A stretch of 64,000 nt of DNA from an uncultured Gammaproteobacteria bacterium (GCA_964515005.1 CAZEVT010000004.1:4302-68301); one strand, 5' to 3'; positions 15,398 to 25,096 are shown, numbered from the stretch's first letter. Notes: generated from the sequence alone by a model not told the origin. Made by a program: numbers and translations.

Positions 15398-16300
15398 ATG
15401 ACTACCGGTTCAACGTTAAAAATCCGCATAGCCGAGCTCAAAAAGAGATTCGATACGCTTAGGAGGGGCAAAGACGCGCTCCTTACCGTCCTTGATGAGG
15501 CTGAAGTGCCGGAAAGCGTCTATAACTCCAATGCCATAGAAAACTCTACCTTAACCCTGAAACAAACGGAGCAAATTCTTTTGGAGTTGGAAGTTTCCGG
15601 TCATATAACACTTCGTGAGGTATATGAAGCGAAAAATCTGGCACGAGTCATCGGATACACCCGTGAAAAAGCGAAAGAAAGCAATGTAACCATAGATGTC
15701 ATTCTATTTTTACATAAAATGCTGTTGTCCCATATCCATGAATCAATTGCGGGGAAATTTCGTACACTTGGGCAATACGTGCGCGTGGGCACATTTATAG
15801 CCCCGCCGCCTGAACACGTAGTGAAACTCATGGATGAGTTATGTATGGCATATGAAAATGACTTTAGCGGGTACTTTTTGGATAAAATTGCAATGTTCCA
15901 TCTTGGATTTGAAACGATTCATCCGTTTGTTGATGGGAACGGCAGAATCGGTCGGGAGATAATGAACTATCAATTACGTCGACTGGGATTTCCGCGGGTA
16001 ATCATACGGGATAAGGAAAAGCAAACGTATTACCGATCATTCATTGAGTACCGCGATTATAAACGTACCAAAACGATGGAACGTGTCGTTGCACTCGCAA
16101 TCATGGAGTCACTTCATAAGAGAATTGCGTATCTCGTTGGTGCAACGATTATTCCTTTGTCTGATGTGGTCCGGGATCAACATGCAGCGCCATCGGCTGT
16201 GTTTAACGCCGCAAAACGTCAGACGATCCCTGCGTTTCGGGAAAAAGGCGTATGGAAGATCGGGAAAGAAGAGATGGAGCGTAGTCAGAAACCCGTCTAA
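15398..16300 (+). CDS. Fic family protein with C-terminal HTH-like extension
   Basis: SNAIEN inhibitory-type motif, HPFVDGNGRIGR Fic motif, C-terminal PLSD..AVFNAAKRQTIPAFREKGVWKI (excisionase/HTH-like). Confidence 0.92.
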   Translation: MTTGSTLKIRIAELKKRFDTLRRGKDALLTVLDEAEVPESVYNSNAIENSTLTLKQTEQILLELEVSGHITLREVYEAKNLARVIGYTREKAKESNVTIDVILFLHKMLLSHIHESIAGKFRTLGQYVRVGTFIAPPPEHVVKLMDELCMAYENDFSGYFLDKIAMFHLGFETIHPFVDGNGRIGREIMNYQLRRLGFPRVIIRDKEKQTYYRSFIEYRDYKRTKTMERVVALAIMESLHKRIAYLVGATIIPLSDVVRDQHAAPSAVFNAAKRQTIPAFREKGVWKIGKEEMERSQKPV

Positions 16301-16626
16301 GCTTTTTCTTTTGCAATCGTTTTCCAGTGGTAGAGATAGAGCGGGAGGCCTATAAGCACCATCGCGATTGCGCCGGAGAATTCCCGCTGGCGTTGCCGCT
16401 GCATTTCCATCTTTTGATCCTCAATCCATTTGGCGTCCAGCTTCGGGTCCACGGCTGTTTCCTTTGTCGGTTCAGCCATCCGCGGCTGGGTCATGTACTG
16501 ATCGGCGCCGCGAAACACATAGACTTTGATCCCCAGATCAGCGAGGCGAATAAGTCCGATGACGGTGATAAGAAGTCCGACGAAAGAAAAGAGGTACAGA
16601 TACAGGAGGCGTATATTGAACTTCAT
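16297..16626 (-). CDS. 2-TM hypothetical protein (DUF5671-like)
   Basis: IRLLYLYLFSFVGL ... IGLPLYLYHW pattern. Confidence 0.75.
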   Translation of the reverse strand: MKFNIRLLYLYLFSFVGLLITVIGLIRLADLGIKVYVFRGADQYMTQPRMAEPTKETAVDPKLDAKWIEDQKMEMQRQRQREFSGAIAMVLIGLPLYLYHWKTIAKEKA

Positions 16627-16756
16627 AGTCTTACTGTATCTGGTTTTTACTTCCAGGACAAGCGATATATTGAGTAGCACAACCCTGCTGGACATTATCG
16701 GCTCCTTCTGGTATATTGCCTGCTACTACAACCCCTGCCCGATATAAAAAGTATCT

Positions 16757-17305
16757 ATGAATAGCTGGATTGAAGAAGCAAGAACACGAGGAATACAAGA
16801 ATCCCGCGCCCGTTGGGATGAACACAAAGCCGTGGCAGCGGCAAAGGCAAAGTATCACGCAGAGACAGTTACTGAAGAGACGGTGATAAACTTTCTCGAT
16901 CAATTTCTTGAGCCGATGGCAATTGTGGCAAAGGATCTTGCCAGCCGCGGATATACGGTGGAGGATGAGGGGTACAAATACCTCATGGTAGGGCAACACG
17001 CCAGCGAACAGTATGCATTAATAGAGAACGTGAGAGAAAGAGACAGAGATGTCTATGGTAGGGCATTTGGTCGCGTGTGGACGGTTACCACTCCCGGGGG
17101 GAGCGTTTTAGATACCGTGTGTTTGTTCCCCATGATAAACGATGAGACGCATTTTGCAAAAGCATATTATGACTCGGTTTCCGCCGACGGTGTCACTATC
17201 GATTCTCCCGTGGATATGCAAAAAGCCGTTGCTGATTTACGCAGTATGATCGGGTCACGCATAACCACCTATTTTAGCGAACACCCTCCGGCTCTGAAGT
17301 CGTGA
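16757..17305 (+). CDS. hypothetical protein (ORFan-like)
   Basis: 182-aa ORF with no recognised motif. Confidence 0.65.
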   Translation: MNSWIEEARTRGIQESRARWDEHKAVAAAKAKYHAETVTEETVINFLDQFLEPMAIVAKDLASRGYTVEDEGYKYLMVGQHASEQYALIENVRERDRDVYGRAFGRVWTVTTPGGSVLDTVCLFPMINDETHFAKAYYDSVSADGVTIDSPVDMQKAVADLRSMIGSRITTYFSEHPPALKS

Positions 17306-17318
17306 GGTTGTCTAGGTT

Positions 17319-17765
17319 ATGGCAATCTACATCCACACATTCAATAAACCGGTGTTTGTAGCCAACTTCAATCCTGAAAAAATTGATTGGCAGCAGATAC
17401 TCCGGACGAATCCAAATTCCGAAATGTCTGTGCCGCCGAGGTGGAAGGATGATATAAGCTCGGATATAAGTGTGGGGCCACGTCGGTCTGTTCTTGTGAC
17501 GTTTGAGTCGATACGTAATCGAAATGACACGGTTGGTGAATTGGAAGTGTATCAGAAGCCGGCGGTAACAGTGCGATTAAAAAAAGAATCGGAGGCAAAA
17601 GAGCGCGAAATCCCGCTCCCAAGTATACGTATTGATGAATCTCACCCATTTGCGCCGGTGTATCAGCCTGGAAATGAAGGGGCGCTCATTTATCGGGTCG
17701 TCAAATATATGCCTTTTGCCGAGATCCGAGTAGAGGATCGAAGTCAAGTTTTAGCATACGCGTAA
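17319..17765 (+). CDS. hypothetical protein (ORFan-like)
   Basis: 148-aa ORF ending 4 nt before the tRNA 3' end. Confidence 0.6.
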   Translation: MAIYIHTFNKPVFVANFNPEKIDWQQILRTNPNSEMSVPPRWKDDISSDISVGPRRSVLVTFESIRNRNDTVGELEVYQKPAVTVRLKKESEAKEREIPLPSIRIDESHPFAPVYQPGNEGALIYRVVKYMPFAEIRVEDRSQVLAYA

Positions 17766-17769
17766 TTTG

Positions 17770-17841
17770 TAGCGCGTAGGGGAGTCGAACCCCTCTTGCT
17801 AGATTGAGAATCTAACGTCCTAACCGATAGACGAACGCGCC
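17770..17841 (-). tRNA. tRNA-Glu (CTC)
   Basis: Reverse complement GGCGCGTTCGTCTATCGGTTAGGACGTTAGATT-CTC-AATCTAGCAAGAGGGGTTCGACTCCCCTACGCGCTA folds as a cloverleaf with a GTTCGA T-loop. CCA is not encoded. Confidence 0.95.
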
Positions 17842-17868
17842 ATTGAAGCTAATTTTATCAGTTTCTAC

Positions 17869-17898
17869 TTGACATAGCAATGTGAATTGCGATACAAT
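17869..17898 (+). promoter_or_regulatory. putative greA promoter
   Basis: TTGACA, 18-nt spacer containing GCAAT-gtga-ATTGC, TACAAT. Confidence 0.6.
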
Positions 17899-17939
17899 TT
17901 ATTTACTTTACCAAGAGTAAAGTGAATTTATTCAGCTTG

Positions 17940-17978
17940 CTCCCTAAGATCCTATTCGGCCGTAGGGAGGTTTTTTTT
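17940..17978 (+). terminator. terminator/attenuator-like hairpin in the greA leader
   Basis: CTCCCTA..TAGGGAG stem followed by T8, 4 nt before the ATG. Confidence 0.55.
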
Positions 17979-17982
17979 GATT

Positions 17983-18450
17983 ATGGACCCAAACAGCAAA
18001 GTACTCCTTACCAAAGAAGGACTTGAAGAAATCAAACGGGAATACGACGAACTCGCCCGCGTAAAGCGGCCGGTGGCCGTCAAGCGCCTCGCGGATGCCC
18101 GCGAGCTCGGTGATTTATCCGAAAACAGCGAGTATGCCGCGGCAAAACAGGATTTGGCGTTCATGGACGGGCGCATCATAGAGCTTGAGGAAATCCTCCA
18201 CAGCGCCAAACTCATTTCCAAAAACCACACCAGAAGCATGGTCGATGTCGGCTGCAAAGTCACCCTCCACGTTGACGGCAAGAAAGAAGAGTTTACGCTC
18301 GTGGGCGAGTGGGAGGCAGACCCCAAAGAAAAGAAAATATCCCACGAATCTCCGCTTGGGAAGGCTCTCATGGGCAAAAAGGTCGGAGAAAAAGTGGAGG
18401 TTGAGGCTCCGGCGGGCCGCGTGCTCTATAAGATATTAACGATAGAATAA
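17983..18450 (+). CDS. greA: transcription elongation factor GreA
   Basis: LTKEG, ARELGDLSENSEYAAAK, ISHESPLGKALMG. Confidence 0.97.
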   Translation: MDPNSKVLLTKEGLEEIKREYDELARVKRPVAVKRLADARELGDLSENSEYAAAKQDLAFMDGRIIELEEILHSAKLISKNHTRSMVDVGCKVTLHVDGKKEEFTLVGEWEADPKEKKISHESPLGKALMGKKVGEKVEVEAPAGRVLYKILTIE

Positions 18451-18467
18451 ACAACATTATATACACG

Positions 18468-18493
18468 AAACCCGCCACGAGGCGGGTTTTTTT
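18468..18493 (+). terminator. intrinsic terminator
   Basis: AAACCCGCC-acga-GGCGGGTTT followed by a T run after greA. Confidence 0.85.
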
Positions 18494-18509
18494 GTGATAC
18501 TATTGACCT

Positions 18510-19970
18510 ATGGCGACGATTGATGATTTGAAAAAAATCCGGTTGGAAAAGCTCGAATCCCTTAAAAAACGCGGGATAGATCCGTATCCCGGAACGATAA
18601 CCCGCAAAGAAACTATTGCTAAAGCACGCAAGTTGACCGGTAAGAGTGTGGCTGTTGCCGGGCGCGTGATGGGCATGCGCGGGCATGGGAAAATTTTCTT
18701 TTTGGACCTGGTCGACGGAACCGGAAAGCTCCAGGTAGTTCTCAAGTCAGATGTCTGCGAAAAAAAATCATTTGCCATCACCGCTTTCATGGATCTTGGG
18801 GACTTTCTTGCCGTTCAGGGAGAGGTAGGGAAAACCCAGGCCGGCGAAGTGTCGGTATTCGGCAAGAGCTTTCAGATTATCGCGAAGGCCATTCGTCCCC
18901 TGCCCGGCGAGTGGAGCGGCCTGAAGGACATTGAGGAGCGGTACCGTCAACGGTATGTGGATCTCATCGCCAATCCCGACGTCCGCGATATATTCGTCAC
19001 CCGCAGTAAAGTCGTGACCTATCTCCGGAGTTTTTTGGATAGCGACGGATTTATTGAGGTGGATACGCCGGTTTTGCAGCCTGTTTACGGCGGGGCCTCT
19101 GCCAAGCCATTCAAAACGCACCATAATGCGCTGGACATGGATCTTTTTCTTCGGATTTCCGATGAATTGTATTTGAAGCGGCTCATCGTCGGAGGATTTG
19201 ACCGCGTGTATGAGATCGGGCGCGATTTTAGGAACGAAGGCATCGACCGCCAGCATAATCCGGAGTTTACGATGCTTGAGTTTTACTGGGCCTATGCCGA
19301 CTACGAGGATCTCATGAAATACACGGAAACCATGCTCGCCAGCTTGGTCAAAGAGCTCAAAGGTTCGTACAAGTTTGAGTATCAGGGAGTAGAACTTAAT
19401 TTCACGCCGCCGTGGCCGAGGAAAACATATCGGGACGTGGTCATGCATTACTCCGGTATCGACATAAATAAAGCCAGCGATGAAAAGAAGCTCCTTGCTG
19501 CCATTCGTGCCAAGAAAATTAAGCTGGATTTGACCGGCGTCGTTGGGTTCGGCGCGCTTTTAGATACATTATACAAAGCAACCGCCAGGCCCCATCTTAT
19601 GGGACCTATGTATTTGACTGACCGGCCGACGGCATTTGTTGCCCTTGCCAAACGGACGCCCAAAGACCCCACGAAAACGTCCTCGTTCCAACTTCTGGTT
19701 GCCAGCCGCGAACTCATCAACGCCTACAATGAGCTCAATGACCCCATGGATCAGGCTGCGCGCTGGCGGGAGTCGGAAAAGCTCGGGAAAAAAGGACAGA
19801 CAGAACACGAGGCGTTTGATGACGACTATATCCGTGCCCTTGAGTACGGTATGCCCCCGACCGCCGGGTGGGGACTCGGGATTGACAGACTCGTATCCAT
19901 TCTCACTGACCAGCCAAATATCAAAGACGTCATTCTTTTCCCGACTTTACGACCCGAACATAATGAATAA
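18510..19970 (+). CDS. lysS: lysine--tRNA ligase (class II)
   Basis: OB fold, RYRQRYVDL, GGASAKPF, FRNEGID..HNPEFTMLE, EYGMPPTAGWGLGIDR. Confidence 0.98.
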   Translation: MATIDDLKKIRLEKLESLKKRGIDPYPGTITRKETIAKARKLTGKSVAVAGRVMGMRGHGKIFFLDLVDGTGKLQVVLKSDVCEKKSFAITAFMDLGDFLAVQGEVGKTQAGEVSVFGKSFQIIAKAIRPLPGEWSGLKDIEERYRQRYVDLIANPDVRDIFVTRSKVVTYLRSFLDSDGFIEVDTPVLQPVYGGASAKPFKTHHNALDMDLFLRISDELYLKRLIVGGFDRVYEIGRDFRNEGIDRQHNPEFTMLEFYWAYADYEDLMKYTETMLASLVKELKGSYKFEYQGVELNFTPPWPRKTYRDVVMHYSGIDINKASDEKKLLAAIRAKKIKLDLTGVVGFGALLDTLYKATARPHLMGPMYLTDRPTAFVALAKRTPKDPTKTSSFQLLVASRELINAYNELNDPMDQAARWRESEKLGKKGQTEHEAFDDDYIRALEYGMPPTAGWGLGIDRLVSILTDQPNIKDVILFPTLRPEHNE

Positions 19971-20577
19971 GCTCCTTATCGCCACGACCAATCCCGGGAA
20001 ATTAACAGAGATAAAACGCTTTCTTTCGGATGTTCCTGTTGAGCTTGTGGGCCTCAAGGATGTGGGTATTACCGATTCCCCCGAAGAAACAGGAATTAGT
20101 TTTGAGGAGAATGCGATCCTCAAAGCAAAACACTATGCCAAGGAATCCGGGCTCCCCACGCTTGCCGACGACGGGGGTCTGGAGATTGATGCACTAAACG
20201 GCGAGCCCGGGGTGAAGTCGCACCGGTGGATCCACTCCGACCGGGAAGACACGGATGAAGAGCTCATCCAGTACACGCTGGACCGGATGAAGGATGTGCC
20301 GGATGATAAGCGCGGGGCGCAGCTCCGGCTCGTGCTGGCGCTGGTCATGCCCGACGCTGAAGTGTTTACGTCAGAGGAAAAAATTCGTGGGATTATTCCC
20401 CAAAAGCCCTCGGACGCCCGGCACGAAGGGTTTCCGTATCGGTCGCTCCTGTTTCTTCCGGAGATCAACAAGTTCTACAATCACGATGAATTGACCGCAA
20501 CCGAAAACGAAACGTATAATCATAGGAAGAAGGCTCTCGACATTCTCAAGCCAATTATTCAAAAGAAATTATGTTAG
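19963..20577 (+). CDS. rdgB: non-canonical purine NTP pyrophosphatase (RdgB/HAM1)
   Basis: LLIATTNPGK, ENAILKA, LADDGGLEIDALNGEPGVKS, NHR. Start re-set to ATG 19963. Confidence 0.93.
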   Translation: MNKLLIATTNPGKLTEIKRFLSDVPVELVGLKDVGITDSPEETGISFEENAILKAKHYAKESGLPTLADDGGLEIDALNGEPGVKSHRWIHSDREDTDEELIQYTLDRMKDVPDDKRGAQLRLVLALVMPDAEVFTSEEKIRGIIPQKPSDARHEGFPYRSLLFLPEINKFYNHDELTATENETYNHRKKALDILKPIIQKKLC

Positions 20578-21839
20578 ACATTAAATTTATCAGAGACAAT
20601 TTGGATCTGTGTAAAACAGCGGCAAAAAATAAAAATCGGGATGTGGATTGGGACGGACTCTTAACGCTTGACGATAAGCGGCGTGAACTTATCGGTGCCT
20701 CTGAAAAACTTCGTGAAGAACGGAATAAGCTTGGAGACAATCGTGAGCGAGGAACAACATTAAAACAAGAATTAAAAACGGTCGAGGAAGAGCTTAGAGA
20801 TGTCGAGGAGAAGTTTAATTTGCTGATGTTTACGGTTCCCAACGTGCCGGACAAAAGTGTGCCGGTAGGGAAGGATGCCAGCGGAAACGTGGAAGTAAAA
20901 AAGTGGGGGAAAGTTCCGAAGTTTGGTTTCGAGCCGAAAGACCATATCGAGCTTGCGAAATCCCTTGACCTTATCGACTTTGAACGCGGCGCCAAGGTCG
21001 GCGGATCCAGGGCGTACTTCCTCAAGAACGAAGCGGCGCAGCTGGAGTTTGCCGTCCTTTTCTATACGTTCAACAAATTGATTCAAAAAGGATATACGCC
21101 AATGATTGCCCCAAGCTTGGTTCGTGAATTTACCTTGTTTGGAGTTGGACAGTTTCCGTGGGGACGGGAAGAAGTATATCATCTCGAAAAGGATGATCAA
21201 TATCTTGCGGGTACTGCGGAGCAAACGGTGACCGCCTATTATAGTGATGAAGTGTTAAAAGAAGAGGATTTGCCCAAAAAATTCGTGGCATTTTCGCCCT
21301 GTTTCCGCCGCGAGGCAGGAAGCTACGGCAAGGATACGAGAGGGGTCTATAGATTGCACCAATTCAACAAAGTTGAACAAGTAATTATCTCAACTAATGA
21401 TATGAACACTTCCCTTACTCTACATGAAGAGTTATTGGCCAACGCAGAGGAAATTCTGCAGGATCTGGAGTTGCCGTACCGGGTGATGCTTATGTGCACC
21501 GGGGATATGGGTGAGCCTCAGGTGAAAAAATATGATATCGAGACCTGGATGGCTGGTCGGCCTTCGGCCGACGGGAAAACAAAAGGCGAATATGGGGAGA
21601 CCATGTCCAATTCGGTGATGGGCGACTTCCAGGCCAGGAGACTGAAGATCCGCTACAAAACCAAAGACGGCAAAACCATGTTTGTTCACACGCTCAACAA
21701 CACCGCGATCGCCTCGCCCAGAATTCTTATTGCGATACTGGAAAATAACCAGCAAAAGGATGGCTCGATCACTATCCCCAAGGTTCTCCAATCCTATGTG
21801 GGTAAAAAAATTATTTCCCGAGACGATCGCCAGGTTTAG
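20571..21839 (+). CDS. serS: serine--tRNA ligase
   Basis: MLDIKFIR, GTAE, CFRREAGSYGKDTRG.YRLHQFNKVE, HTLNNT. Confidence 0.98.
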   Translation: MLDIKFIRDNLDLCKTAAKNKNRDVDWDGLLTLDDKRRELIGASEKLREERNKLGDNRERGTTLKQELKTVEEELRDVEEKFNLLMFTVPNVPDKSVPVGKDASGNVEVKKWGKVPKFGFEPKDHIELAKSLDLIDFERGAKVGGSRAYFLKNEAAQLEFAVLFYTFNKLIQKGYTPMIAPSLVREFTLFGVGQFPWGREEVYHLEKDDQYLAGTAEQTVTAYYSDEVLKEEDLPKKFVAFSPCFRREAGSYGKDTRGVYRLHQFNKVEQVIISTNDMNTSLTLHEELLANAEEILQDLELPYRVMLMCTGDMGEPQVKKYDIETWMAGRPSADGKTKGEYGETMSNSVMGDFQARRLKIRYKTKDGKTMFVHTLNNTAIASPRILIAILENNQQKDGSITIPKVLQSYVGKKIISRDDRQV

Positions 21840-22434
21840 CACAAAATATAATCACGATATTCGTGTCGTGAAAGAGCGGGGAACACACAAGCTTCTGGTT
21901 AACGGGTCGCGCCAGTCGGGTGAATACATCGAGAGGCTTTGGCAGCACGCGTTTTCGGAATTCGGCATTATTCCAGCTCCCGGCATCCGTTCCATTTTGG
22001 TTTTGGGAGTCGCCGGCGGCACGGTGATCCATCTTCTTCGTGCGATCTACCCTGACGCATCGATTCACGGCGTGGATATTGATGCAAAGATGATTGAAAT
22101 AGGAAAAAAACATTTCGGGCTTGGGTACGTACCGAAGCTCACCATGGTTACTTCAGATGCAAATCTCTTTGTGAAAACACAGAAACGCCAGTGGGACATG
22201 ATCGTCGTGGATCTTTTTGTCGGCGCGACTATACCACCTTTTGTTGGAGATGATGCGTTTTTGAAAGACATAAAACGCCTGCTGGTGCCGCACGGAAAGC
22301 TCGTCATCAATTATCTCTACGAGCTTGAATACAAAAAACTGTCGGATTTGTTCTTTGTAAAACTGCAAAGCAATTTTCCCCACGTCCGGGATGTGAAGAT
22401 TTATTACAATCGATTCTTCTTCGTGGTAAAATAG
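21796..22434 (+). CDS. class I SAM-dependent methyltransferase (spermidine-synthase-like)
   Basis: ILVLGVAGGT, VDID, DA..FV, WDMIVVDLF. Confidence 0.85.
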   Translation: MWVKKLFPETIARFSTKYNHDIRVVKERGTHKLLVNGSRQSGEYIERLWQHAFSEFGIIPAPGIRSILVLGVAGGTVIHLLRAIYPDASIHGVDIDAKMIEIGKKHFGLGYVPKLTMVTSDANLFVKTQKRQWDMIVVDLFVGATIPPFVGDDAFLKDIKRLLVPHGKLVINYLYELEYKKLSDLFFVKLQSNFPHVRDVKIYYNRFFFVVK

Positions 22435-22438
22435 GCAC

Positions 22439-25096
22439 ATGTTAAAGTTTCTGGGAAAGCTTCTTGATAGCAACGAAAAGGAAATCACGAGGTACAGAAA
22501 AATCGTTGAGGTCGTGAGCAGCCACGAGCCCGAAATGAAGAAGTTGAAAGACGCGGGATTTGTCAAAAAGACCGCTGAATTCAAAGAACGGCTGGCGACT
22601 GGCCAAACCCTCGATGACCTCCTCCCCGAGGCGTTTGCTTTGGTTCGTGAGGCCGCGCACCGGGCCATAGGACAGCGCCACTTTGATGTGCAGATGATTG
22701 CGGCGCTCACTCTCCACAATGGCAAGGTCGCGGAGCAAAAGACCGGAGAAGGAAAAACGCTTTCCGCAATTCCGGCTTTGTATTTGAATGCCTTAACCGG
22801 CCGCGGCGTGCACTTGGTGACGGTCAATGACTACCTGGCTCGCCGGGACGCAGGTTGGATGGGACCCATTTTTCACTTACTAGGGCTTTCCGTGTCCGCG
22901 ATGATCAGCGATCAGTCATTCCTCTATGATCCCACTCACACGGATCCGTCGGCCACTGACGGAAGACTCAGGCACCTTCGGCCGATTACCCGTAAAGAAG
23001 CGTATGGCGCTGATGTTGCGTACGGCATAAACAGCGAATACGGGTTTGACTATCTTCGCGACAACATGGTGTCTGATATTTCCCAGGTGGTGCAAAGGGA
23101 GTATCACTATGCGGTCGTTGATGAAGTAGATTCTGTTTTGATCGATGAGGCGAGAACTCCCCACATCATATCCGCCCCCGACACCGAGGCGACGCACGCA
23201 TATTACGACTATGCCAAAATGGTCGATAAATTAAACGGTGACACGGACTTCGTCATCGATGAAAAACTCCGAACCGCACATCTTACCGATCACGGCATTC
23301 TCAAGGTCGAAAAAATGCTCGGGATCGCGAATATCTACGAAAAGGATTTTGAAACCGTCCACCATATAGAGGCGGCGCTGAAAGCACGAACGCTTTTTAA
23401 ACGGGAAAAAGACTATATCGTCAAGGACAATCAGGTGATTATTGTTGACGAGTTTACCGGCCGTCTCTTAATTGGCCGCAGGTTTTCCGAGGGTATTCAT
23501 CAGGCTATAGAGGCAAAAGAAAATGTCCCGATCCAGCAGGAGAGTAAGACGCTGGCGACCGTGTCGCTTCAGAACTACTTCCGTATGTACCAGAAGCTCG
23601 CTGGCATGACGGGAACCGCGTCAACCGAGGCGGAAGAGTTCCATAAAATCTATGCTCTGGATGTCGTGGTCATTCCTACTCATAGAAACATGATACGCCG
23701 CGACTATGCCGACAGCGTCTACAAAACGCCCCGAGCCAAATATGCCGCTATTGCCGCAGACATCATGGAAAACCACAAGCGCGGCCAACCGGTCTTGGTG
23801 GGAACGACATCGATTGAGAAAAATGAAATCATCAGCGAGTACCTGAAGCGGAAAGGTGTGCCGCACCAGGTGTTGAATGCCAAAAACCACTTAAAAGAAG
23901 CCATGATCATCGCAGACGCCGGCCGCAAAGGCGCGGTGACGGTCGCCACCAACATGGCCGGGCGGGGCGTGGATATTATTTTAGGAGGCCAGACGCCGGA
24001 GTCAGGAGAAACCAAAGAGTGGAAAAAATCCCATGACGATGTCGTTGCCCTCGGCGGGCTTCATGTCATCGGCACCGAGCGGCATGAGTCGCGGCGGATT
24101 GATAATCAACTTCGTGGTCGCTCCGGGCGGCAGGGAGACCCCGGGACCAGCCGTTTTTACGTGTCGCTTGAGGATGACATCATGAGACTTTTCGGCGGCG
24201 ATCAGGTGGCGCGACTCATGAGCATATTTAAGCTTCCCGAGGATGTGCCTTTGGAACATGCGATGGTATCCCGTGCCATCGAACAGGCGCAGGTGAAAGT
24301 GGAGGGATTCCATTTTGACAGCCGCAAGCATCTGGTGGAATACGATGATGTTCTCAATAAGCAGCGGGAAATCGTCTATCGGAAACGCCGGAAAATTCTC
24401 GAGGGAGAAAGTCAGAAAGACACGATTCTTGCAAATGTCTCGTCTGATATTACCAATGTCGTTGCTATGTATACCGGGGAGAAAGGCGCAGATATAGACC
24501 GCACCAAAGTAATCACGGAGTTTGTCTCTATCATTCCGTTTGACCCCCCGTCGCAGGAACAACTGGGCAAACAGCTTGAACAGGCCCATACTGCCCCCGA
24601 CGTGACGCAGTTTCTGACCTCAGTTGCGAGTGATATGTATGAGAACCGTGAAAAACAAATGAGCCCCGAGCTTATGCGGCAGGTGGAACGGTGGGTGAGT
24701 TTGCAGGTTATAGATAATTACTGGATGGATCACCTGGACGCGATTGATGATTTGCGCGAGGGTATAGGACTTCGGGGCTACGGACAGCGGGATCCGCTCG
24801 TCGAGTACAAAAACGAGGCGTTCAACATGTTTGAGCGGCTGGTTTCGGGCATCGACACTGAAATTGTCCACAGAATATACAAGGTACAGGTGGCGACGCA
24901 AAATCCTACGGCCCCGACGAATGAAAAACTAGAAACGCCGATAACCCAGGCGGCAAAACATATTCATACTAATATGAGTGAACAAGTGGTTGCCCAACCG
25001 GTGGTCAATTCCGCCAAAAAAATCGGCCGCAACGACCCCTGCTGGTGTGGGAGCGGCAAGAAATGGAAGCGCTGTCACTATCCCGCGTTAGGCTGA
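22439..25096 (+). CDS. secA: preprotein translocase ATPase SecA
   Basis: KTGEGKT, VTVNDYLA, DEVDSVLIDEARTP, ATNMAGRG, RRIDNQLRGR, SEC-C GRNDPCWCGSGKK. Confidence 0.99.
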   Translation: MLKFLGKLLDSNEKEITRYRKIVEVVSSHEPEMKKLKDAGFVKKTAEFKERLATGQTLDDLLPEAFALVREAAHRAIGQRHFDVQMIAALTLHNGKVAEQKTGEGKTLSAIPALYLNALTGRGVHLVTVNDYLARRDAGWMGPIFHLLGLSVSAMISDQSFLYDPTHTDPSATDGRLRHLRPITRKEAYGADVAYGINSEYGFDYLRDNMVSDISQVVQREYHYAVVDEVDSVLIDEARTPHIISAPDTEATHAYYDYAKMVDKLNGDTDFVIDEKLRTAHLTDHGILKVEKMLGIANIYEKDFETVHHIEAALKARTLFKREKDYIVKDNQVIIVDEFTGRLLIGRRFSEGIHQAIEAKENVPIQQESKTLATVSLQNYFRMYQKLAGMTGTASTEAEEFHKIYALDVVVIPTHRNMIRRDYADSVYKTPRAKYAAIAADIMENHKRGQPVLVGTTSIEKNEIISEYLKRKGVPHQVLNAKNHLKEAMIIADAGRKGAVTVATNMAGRGVDIILGGQTPESGETKEWKKSHDDVVALGGLHVIGTERHESRRIDNQLRGRSGRQGDPGTSRFYVSLEDDIMRLFGGDQVARLMSIFKLPEDVPLEHAMVSRAIEQAQVKVEGFHFDSRKHLVEYDDVLNKQREIVYRKRRKILEGESQKDTILANVSSDITNVVAMYTGEKGADIDRTKVITEFVSIIPFDPPSQEQLGKQLEQAHTAPDVTQFLTSVASDMYENREKQMSPELMRQVERWVSLQVIDNYWMDHLDAIDDLREGIGLRGYGQRDPLVEYKNEAFNMFERLVSGIDTEIVHRIYKVQVATQNPTAPTNEKLETPITQAAKHIHTNMSEQVVAQPVVNSAKKIGRNDPCWCGSGKKWKRCHYPALG

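Noticed and set aside
19636-19962. Long N-terminal extension of RdgB, or a lysS-rdgB frameshift fusion
   Set aside because: The extension is an alternative frame of lysS. The RdgB motif begins at ATG 19963, an ordinary 8-nt overlap.
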